Source of the DNA: the human T2T-CHM13v2.0 reference genome, Homo sapiens
Direction of reading: 5' to 3'
Assembly (NCBI GenBank): GCA_009914755.4
Contig: CP068257.2
Location: forward strand, 6,240,001 to 6,304,000
DNA: 64,000 bases
Shown here: piece after piece, positions 55,659 to 64,000 of the stretch
Position numbering within the stretch: position 1 is the first letter of the stretch
How the letters are laid out: the number at the start of each line of letters is the position of its first letter
Translations under genes and position numbers: made by a program
Notes under the pieces: generated by a model
Told to the model about the DNA's origin: nothing
Databases searched by the model: none
Seen by the model: the letters and a program-made list of their open reading frames with translations, nothing else

Positions 55659-58600
55659 AAAGCCTGGAGAATAGGTACATCTCCTGGATGATCAGTTCAG
55701 AAATGTGTCACAATGCCCCCTCCCTGCGGAGCATAGAGAAGATTTGCATCATTTGGGTGATCAGTGCAGAGATATAACACAATGTCCCCTGTACAAAAAG
55801 CCTGGAAATGATTTACATCACCTTGGTGATCAGTGCATAGGTATGTCAGAAATCCCCAGTAGGCTGAACCTAGACAAGGGTTACATCACTTAGGTGATGA
55901 GTGTAGAGATATGTGAAAATTCCCGTGTAGACAGAGCCAAGACAAGTGTTACATCACCTAGTGATCAGTGCAGGGATAAGTCGTAAAGCCTCCTTTAGGC
56001 AGAGTGTAGAAAATTGTTTCCTCCCTGGGGTGATCAGTGCAGAGAAATGTCACAAAGCCCCTGTAAGCAGAACCTTGACAAGGGTTACATCACCTGTTTG
56101 ATCTGCGGAAATGTATATCACAAAGCCCCCTGTAGGCAAAACCCAGACAATTGTTACATCACCTGGGTGAGCAGTGGAGGGATCTGTCACAATGCCCCTG
56201 TAGGCAGAGCTTAGACAAGGGTTACATCACCTGGGTGATCAGTGAATAGATATGTCAAAACGTTCCTTTAGGCTGAACCTAGACAGGAGTTACATCAACC
56301 AGGTGATCAGTGCACAGATATGTGAGAATTCCTGTGTAGGGAGAGCCTAGACCAGTTTTTCATCAACTAGGTTATCTGTGCAGGTATAAGTCATAAAGCC
56401 TCCTGTAGGCAGAGCGTAGACAAGAGTTCCATCCCCAGGGTGATCAGTGCAGAGATGTGTCACAAAGCCCCTGTAGGCAGAGGCTAGACAATAGTTTCAT
56501 CACTTGTTTGTTCAGTTCAGAGATGTGTCACAATGTCCATGTAGACAGATCTAAGACAAGCGTCCATCACCTGGGTGATCAGTGCAGAGATATGTCCCGA
56601 TGTCCCCTGTAGGCACTGCCTAGACAAGAGTTGCATCACCTCAGAGATCAGTGCATAGATATGTCACAAAGCCTTCTATAGGCAAAGCCCATACAAGGCT
56701 TACATCACCTAGGTGATCAGTGCAGTGATATGTCACACAAATCCCTGTAGACAGACCGTAGACAAGAGTTACATCACCTGGGTGATCAGTGCAGATATTT
56801 GACACAATGCCCCCATAGACAGAGTCTAGACAAGACTTCCATCTCCTGCGTGATCAGTGCAGAGATATGTCACAAATCTCCCTCTAGGCAGAGTATAGAG
56901 AAGAGTCCCATCACCTGGGTGACCAGTGCAGAGTTACTTCACAATATCCCCTGTAGACAGAGAGTTGACAAGAGTTACATAACCTACGTGACCTGTGCAG
57001 AGCTATATCAAAACGCCCCTGTAGGCAGATCCTATGTAAATGTTACATCACCTGGGTGATCAGTGCAGAGATACGTCACAATAGCCCCTGTAGGTGGAGC
57101 CTAGAAATGAGTTACATCACCTGGGTGATCAGTGCAGAGATAAGTCACAATGCACCCTGTAAGCTGTGCATAGAGAAGAGTTGCATCACCTGGGTGATCA
57201 GTACAGAGATATGTCACAATGGCCCCTGTTGGCAGAGCACAGAGAAGAGTTGCATCACCTGGGTGATCAGTGCAGAGATATGTCACAGTGCCCCCGTAGG
57301 CAAGGCCTAGGCAAGAGTTACATCACCTTTGTCATCAGTTCAGGGATATGTGAAAACGCCCCTGTAGGCAGAGCCTAGACGAGTGTTACATCACCTAGTT
57401 GATTAGTGCAGAGATATTTCACAATACCTCCTGTAGGCAGATCCTAGACAAGAGTTGAATCACCTGGGTGATCAGTGCAGAGATATTTCACAATGCCCCC
57501 TTTGGGCAGAGGGTAGACAAGAGTTATATCACCTAGGTGATCCGTGCAGAGATTTGACAAAATTCCCTGTATGCAGTGCTTATAAAAGTGTTACATCACC
57601 TAAGTGAGCAGTGCAGAGATATGTCACAAAGCTCCTGTAGGCAGAACTTAGATGAGTTACGTCACCTGGGTGATCAGTGCAAAGGTATGTCACAAAGCCC
57701 CGTGTAGGCAAAGCCTAGAATATCGTTACATCACTTGGGTGATCAGTGGTGAGATTTCTCACAGTTCACCTGTCGGCAGAGCTTATACAACAGTTACATC
57801 ACCTGGGTGATCAGTGCAGAGACATGTCACAATGCCCCCATAGGCAAATCCAAGACAAGAGTCCGTCACCTGGGTGATCAGTGCAGAAATATGTCACAAT
57901 GCCCCCTTAGGCAGAGCCTAGACAAAACCCCATCACCTGGATGATCAGTGCAGAGTTATGTCGCAAAGTCCCTTTAGGCAGTTCCTAGACAATGTTACAT
58001 CACTTGGATAACCAGAGCAGAGATATGTCACAATGCCAATGTAGGCAGAGCATAGACAAGATTTACATGACCTAGGTGATCAGTGCAGAGATGCATCGCA
58101 ATGAACCTGTAGGCAGAGCCTTGACAAGTGGTACATCACCTGGATGAACATTGCAGGGATATGTCACAAAGCACCCTGTAGGCAGATCCCAGAAAATAGT
58201 TACATCACCTGGGTGATCAGTGCAGTGATATGTCACAATGCCACTGTAGGCAGAGCCTAGACAAGAATTACATGACCTAGGTGATCAGTGCAGAGATACT
58301 TCGCAATGCCCCTGTAGCCAGAGCCTTGACAAGTGGTATATCACCTGCGTGATCATTGCAGGGATATGTCACAAGGCACCCTGTAGGCAGATCCTAGAGA
58401 AGAGTTATATCACCTAGGTGATCAGTGCAGAGATATGTCACAAGCCCCCTGTAGGCAGAGCCTAGACAAGGGTTATATCACCTGGGTGATCAGTGCAGTG
58501 ATATGTCACAATGCCGTGTAGCCAGAGCCCAGACTAAAGTTACAGCACCTGGGAGATCAGTGCAGAGATATGTTACAATGTCCCCATTAGGCACAGACCA

Positions 58601-61600
58601 GACAACAGTTGGATCACCTCGGGATCAGTGCAGACATATGTCTCAATCCCCCTGTGGGCACAGCCTAGACAATTGTTACATCACCTCGGTTAACAGTGCA
58701 GAGATATGTCAAAATGCCCCTGTAGGCAGAGCCTTCGCAAGGATTACATCACTTATGTGATCAGTGCAGAGATATGTCACAATACCCCCTGTAAACAGAG
58801 CCTAGACAAGAGTTACATCACCTGGGTGATCAGTGCAGAGATATGTGACAAGGCCCCTTTAAGCAGAGCCTAGACAACAGTTACATCACCGGAGTGATCA
58901 GTGCAGAGATCTTTCACAATGCCCTTTTAGGCAGAGCTTAGACCACAGTTACATCATCTGGGTGATCAGTGCAGAGATATGTCACAATGCCCCCATAGGA
59001 AAATCCAAGAAAAGAGTCCGCCACATGGGTGATCAGTGTAGAAATATGTGACAATAGCCCCAGGAGGCAGAGCCTAGAGAAAAGTCCAATCACCTGGGTG
59101 ATCAGTGCAGAGATATGTCACAAAGCCCCCATACACAGAGCATAGACAAGAATCCCATCACCTGGGTGATCAGTGAAGACATATGTCAAAATGACCCCAG
59201 AGGCAGATCCAACACAAGAGTTACATCACCTGGCTGATCAGTGCAGAGATATGTCAGAATGCTCCTCTAGGCTGAACCTAGAAATGAGTTACATCAACTG
59301 AGTGATCAGTGCAGAGATATGTGAGAATTCCCGTGTAGGCAGAGTCTAGACAAGTGTTACATCACCTAGGTTATCAGTGCAGGTATAAGTCATAAAGCCT
59401 CCTGTAGGCAGAGCATAGACAAGACTTTCCTCCCCAGGGTCATCAGTGCAGAGATGTGTCACCAAGCCCATTTAGGCAGAGCCTAGACAAGAGTTTCATC
59501 ACTTGGTTGATCAGTTCAGAGATGTGTCACAATGTCCATGTAGGCAGATCTAAGACAAGAGTCCATCTCCTGGGTGATCAGTGCAGAGATATGTACCAAT
59601 GTCCCCTGGAGGCAGTGCCGAGACAAGAGTTGCCTCACCTTAGCGATGAGTGCATAGATATGTCACAAAGCCTTCTGTAGGCAAAGCCCATACAAGGCTA
59701 ACATCACCTAGGTGATCAGTGCAGTGATATGTCACAAAAATTCCTGTAGACAGAGCCTAGAAAAGAGTTACATCACCTGGGTGATCAGTGCAGATATTTG
59801 ACACAATGCCCCCATGGACAGAGCTTTGACAAGACTTCCATCACCTGGGTGATCAGTGCAGAGATATGTCACAAACCCCCTCTAGGCAGAGTAAAGAGAA
59901 GTGTCCCATCACCTGAGTGATCAGTGCAGAGATATTTCACAATGCCCCTGTAGGCTGAGAGTGGACAAGAGTTACATAACCTAGGTGATCTGTGCAGAGC
60001 TATTTCAAAACGCCCCTGTAAGCAGAGCCTAGATAAATGTTACATCACCTGGGCGATCAGTGCAAAGATACGTCGCAATACCCCCTGTAGTTGGAGCCTA
60101 GACAAGAGTTACATCACCCGGGTGATCAATGAAGAGATACTTCACAATACACCCTGTAGTTGGAGCAGAGACAAGAGTTACATCACCTGGGTGATCAGTA
60201 CAGAAATATGTCACAAAGCCCCTGTAGGCAGAGCCTAGAAAAGAGTTACATCACCTAGTTGATCAGTGCAGAGATATTTCACAATGTCCCCTATAGGCAA
60301 AGCCTAGACGTGAGTTACATCACCTTTGTAATCAGTTCACGGATATGTGAAAACGCCCCTGTGGGGAGAGCCTAGACAAAAGTTACATCACCTAGGTGAT
60401 CAGTGCAGAGATATTTCACAATATCCCCTGTAAGCAGATCCTAGACAAGAGTTGAATCACCTGGGTGATCAGTGCAGAGATATTTCACAATGCCCCCTTT
60501 GAGCAGAGTGTAGACAAGAGTTACATCACCTAGGTGATCAGTGCAGAGATTTGTCAAAATTCCCTGTAGGCAGTGCTTATAAAATTGTTATATCACATAA
60601 GTGATCAGTGCAGAGATATGTCACAAAGCTCCTGTAGGCAGAACTTAGATGAGTTACATCACCTGGATGATCAGTGCAAAGGTATGTCACAAAGCCCCCT
60701 GTAGGCAAAGCCTAGACAATAGTTACATCAGTGGGGTGATCAGTGGCGATATCTCTCACAATTCCCCGGTAGGCAGAGCTTATACAACAGTTACATCAGC
60801 TGGGTGATTATTGCAGAGATATGTCACAATGCCCCCATAGGCAGATCCAAGACAAGAGTCCGTCACCTGGGTGATCAGTGCAGAAATATGTCACAATGCC
60901 CACTTAGGCAGAACCTAGACAATAGCCGCATCACCTGGATGATCAGTGCAGAGTTATGTCACAAAGTTCCTTTAGGCAGATCCTAGACAAGAGTTGCATC
61001 ACTTGGATGATCAGTGCAGAGATATGTCACAATTCCACTGTAGGCAGAGTCTAGACAAGAGTTACATGACCTAGGTGATTAGTGCAGAGATACAGCGTAA
61101 TGTCCCTGTAGGCAGGGCCTTGACAAGTGGTACATCACCTGGATGATTATTGCATGGATATGTCACAAAGCATCCTGTAGGCAGATCCTAGAGAAAAGTT
61201 ATATCACCTGGGTGATCAGGGCAGAGTTATGTCACAAGCCCCTGTAGGCAGAGCCTAGACAAGAGTTATATCACTTGGGTGATCAGTGCAGTGATATGTC
61301 ACAATGCCGTGTAGCCAGAGCCTAGACTAAAGTTACAGCACCTGGAAGATCAGTGCAGAGATATGTCACAATGTCCCCAGTAGGCAGAGACCAGGCAAGA
61401 GTTGGATCACCTCAGGATCAGTGCAGAGTAATGGCTCAATCCCCATGTGGGCACAGCCTAGACAAGGGTTACATCACCTCGGTTAACAGTGCAGAGATAT
61501 GTCAAAATGCACCTGTAGGCATAGCCTACACAAGTGTTACATCACTTAGGTGATCAGTGTAGAGATATGTCCCAATACCCCTGTAAGCAAAGCCTAGGAA

Positions 61601-63893
61601 AGGGTTACATCACCTGGGTGATCAGTGCAGAGATATGTGACAAGGCCCCTTTAAGCAGAGCCTAGACAATAGTTACATCACCTGAGTGATCAGTGCAGAG
61701 ATCTGTCACAATGCCCCTTTAGGCAGAGCTTAGACCAGAGTTACATCACCTGGGTGATCAGTGCAGGGATATGTCACAATGCTCCCATAGGCAAATCCAA
61801 GACAAGAGTCTGTCACCTGGGTGATCAGTGCAGAAATATGTGACAATGCTCCCAGTAGGCAGAGCCTAGAGAAGAGTCCCATCACCTGGGTGATCAGTGC
61901 AGAGATATTTCACAATGCCCCTGCAGGCAGAGCGCAAGCAAGCTTTACATCACCTAGATGATCAGTGCAGAGATATGTCACAAGCCCCCCAATAGGCAGA
62001 GCCTGGACAAGAGTTATATCACCTCGGTGATCAATGCAGTGATATATCACTATGCCCCGTAGGCAGAGCCTAGTCAAGCATTACATCACCTGGGTGATCA
62101 GTGCAGAGATATGTCACAAAGCCCCCAAACCCAAGGCCTAGACAAGAGTCCCATCACCTGGGAGATCTGTGAAGAAATATGTCACAATGCCCCCATAGGC
62201 AGATCCAACACAAGAGTTACATCACCTGGGTGATCAGTGTAGAGATATGTCACAATGCCTGCATAGGCAGAGCCTAGACAAAAGTCCCATCACTTGGGTG
62301 ATCCGTGCAGAGTGATGTCACAGCGCCCTCTGTAGGCACAGACTAGAAAATAGTTGCATCACCTCAGTGATCAGTGCGGAGATATGTCAAAATGTCTCCA
62401 GTAGGCAGAGACTAGACAAGAGTTATATCACCTGGGTGATCAGGGCAGAGATATGTCACAATGCACCCTGTTAGCAGATCCCAGACAAGAGTTGCATCAC
62501 CTCGGTGATCAGTGCAGAGATATGTCTCAATGCCCCCTGTCTGCGAAGCCTATACAAGAGTTACATCATCTCGGTGATCAGTGCAGTGATATGTTAAAAT
62601 GCCCCTGTATGCCGAGCCTAGACAAGAGTTACATCACCTGGTTGATCAGTGCAGAGATATCTCACAATACCCCCTATAAGCAGAGCCTAGACAAGAGTTA
62701 CATCACCTGGGTGATCAGTGCAGACATATGTCATAAATCGCACTGTAGGCAAAGCCTAGACAAGTTTTACATCACCTCAGCGATCAGTGCAGAGATATGT
62801 CCCAATGTCCCTCTAGGCAGAGGTTAGACAAGAGACACATCTCCTGGGTGATCACTGCAGTGCTAAGTCACAATGCCCCAATAGGCAGAGCCTAGACAAG
62901 AGTTACATAACCAGGGTGATCCGTGAAGAGTGATGTCACAACGCCCTCTGTAGGCAGAGACTAGAAACGAGTTACATCACCTGGGTGATCAGTGCAGAGA
63001 TATGTCACAATGCCCCCTGTAGGCAGAGCATAGAGAAGAGTTGCATCACCTGGGTGATCAGTGCAGAGATATGTCACAATGGCCCCTGTAGGCAGAGCAT
63101 AGAGAAGAGTTGCATCACCTGGGTGATCAGTGCAGTGATATGTCACAATGGCCCCTGTAGGCAGAGCATAGAGAAGAGTTGCATCACCTGGGGATCAGTG
63201 CAGAGATATGTCACAATGTCCCCTGAAGGCAAAGCCTAGGCAAGAGTTACATCACCTTTGTCATCAGTTCAGGGATATGTGAAAATGCCCCTGTAGGCAG
63301 AGCCTAGACAAGAGTTACATCACCTAGTTGATCAATGCAGAGATATTTCACAATACCCCCTGAAGGCAGATCCTAGACAAGAGTTGGATCACCTGGGTTA
63401 ACAGTGCAGAGATATTTCACAATGCCCCCTTTGGGCAGAGGGTAGACAAGAGTTACATCACCTAGGTGACCACTGCAGAGATTTTTCAAAATTCCCTATA
63501 GGAAGTGCTTATAAAACTGTTACATCACCTAGATAATCAATGCAGAGATATGTCACAAGGCCCCCTGTAGGCAGAGCCTGGACAAGAGTTACATCACCTC
63601 GGTTATCAATGCAGTGATATGTCACTATGTCCTGTAGGCAGAGCCTAGTCAAGCGTTGCATCACCTGGGTGATCAGTGCAGAGATATGTTCACAAAGCCC
63701 CCATACACAGAGCCTAGACAAGAGTCCCATCACCTGGGTGATCAGTGCAGAAATAGGTCACAATGCCCCCATAGGAAGATCCAACACAAGAGTTACATCA
63801 CCTGGGTGATCAGTGTAGAGTTATGTCACAATGCCCCCATAGGCAGAGCCTAGACAAAAGTCCCATCACCTGGTGATCAGTGCAGAGATATGG
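55659..63893 (+). repeat. Beta-satellite array (+ polarity, about 8.2 kb)
   Basis: + polarity monomers. The first 0.6 kb is the conserved downstream flank seen after units A and B. Confidence 0.9.
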
Positions 63894-64000
63894 TTTTCCG
63901 GGCAGACCTCCTGGCTGCACCTGCTGCAGTGCACAGGCCGGCTGAGGTGCACGGGAACCCGCGGGCTGGCGGAGCTCTGCGGGCACCCGGAAACATGCAG
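63894..64000 (+). repeat. Start of another D4Z4-like core (+ polarity) with a rearranged 5' junction
   Basis: The satellite ends at ...gcagagatatgg. Next comes a 70-bp fragment homologous to the promoter region (ggcagacctcctggctgcacctgctgcagtgcacaggccggctgaggtgcacggga). Then ggagctctgcgggcacccggaaacatgcag, which is the normal core 5' end. Confidence 0.55.

Overview
This window reads as primate (almost certainly human) heterochromatin, not a prokaryotic locus. It is a mosaic of 68-69 bp beta-satellite (Sau3A-type) arrays, monomer consensus roughly ggtgatcagtgcagagatatgtcacaatgcccctgtaggcagagcctagacaagagttacatcacct. Embedded in the satellite are eight GC-rich D4Z4-like cores of about 2.8 kb each. 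Each core carries a diverged, disabled copy of the double-homeobox retrogene DUX4 (about 85-90% protein identity to DUX4 over the two homeodomains and the C-terminal activation motif ...[22 protein letters not shown]).

Orientation and condition of the cores:
- Cores A and B lie on the + strand.
- Cores C, D, E and F lie on the - strand.
- Core G (- strand) has an internal deletion that removes the whole ORF.
- Core H (- strand) is truncated and chimeric.

Satellite polarity is + from 1 to 11218, - from 11219 to about 55337, and + again to the end. The two switch points are fold-back-type junctions, one inside beta-satellite and one inside core H, and they delimit a 44-kb inverted segment. A young 5'-truncated AluY with a perfect 13-bp target-site duplication sits in the satellite at 11741-11998.

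All DUX4 copies are pseudogenes. The disabling lesions are partly shared and partly independent (premature TGA codons, ATG to TTG or ATT, stop loss, frameshifts).

The cores are flanked by the same ordered series of satellite monomer variants, so the duplicated unit is a composite of core plus satellite and is larger than the core alone. I see no rRNA, tRNA, CRISPR or bacterial-type gene system. The interesting signals are structural: the fold-back junctions, the deletion-derived core, the near-intact copy in core C, a relocated promoter fragment at the window end, and the recent Alu. This interspersed organisation is typical of DUX4-like/beta-satellite blocks on acrocentric short arms and in pericentromeric regions, rather than the contiguous 4q35/10q26 D4Z4 array. 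The exact chromosome cannot be determined from the sequence alone.
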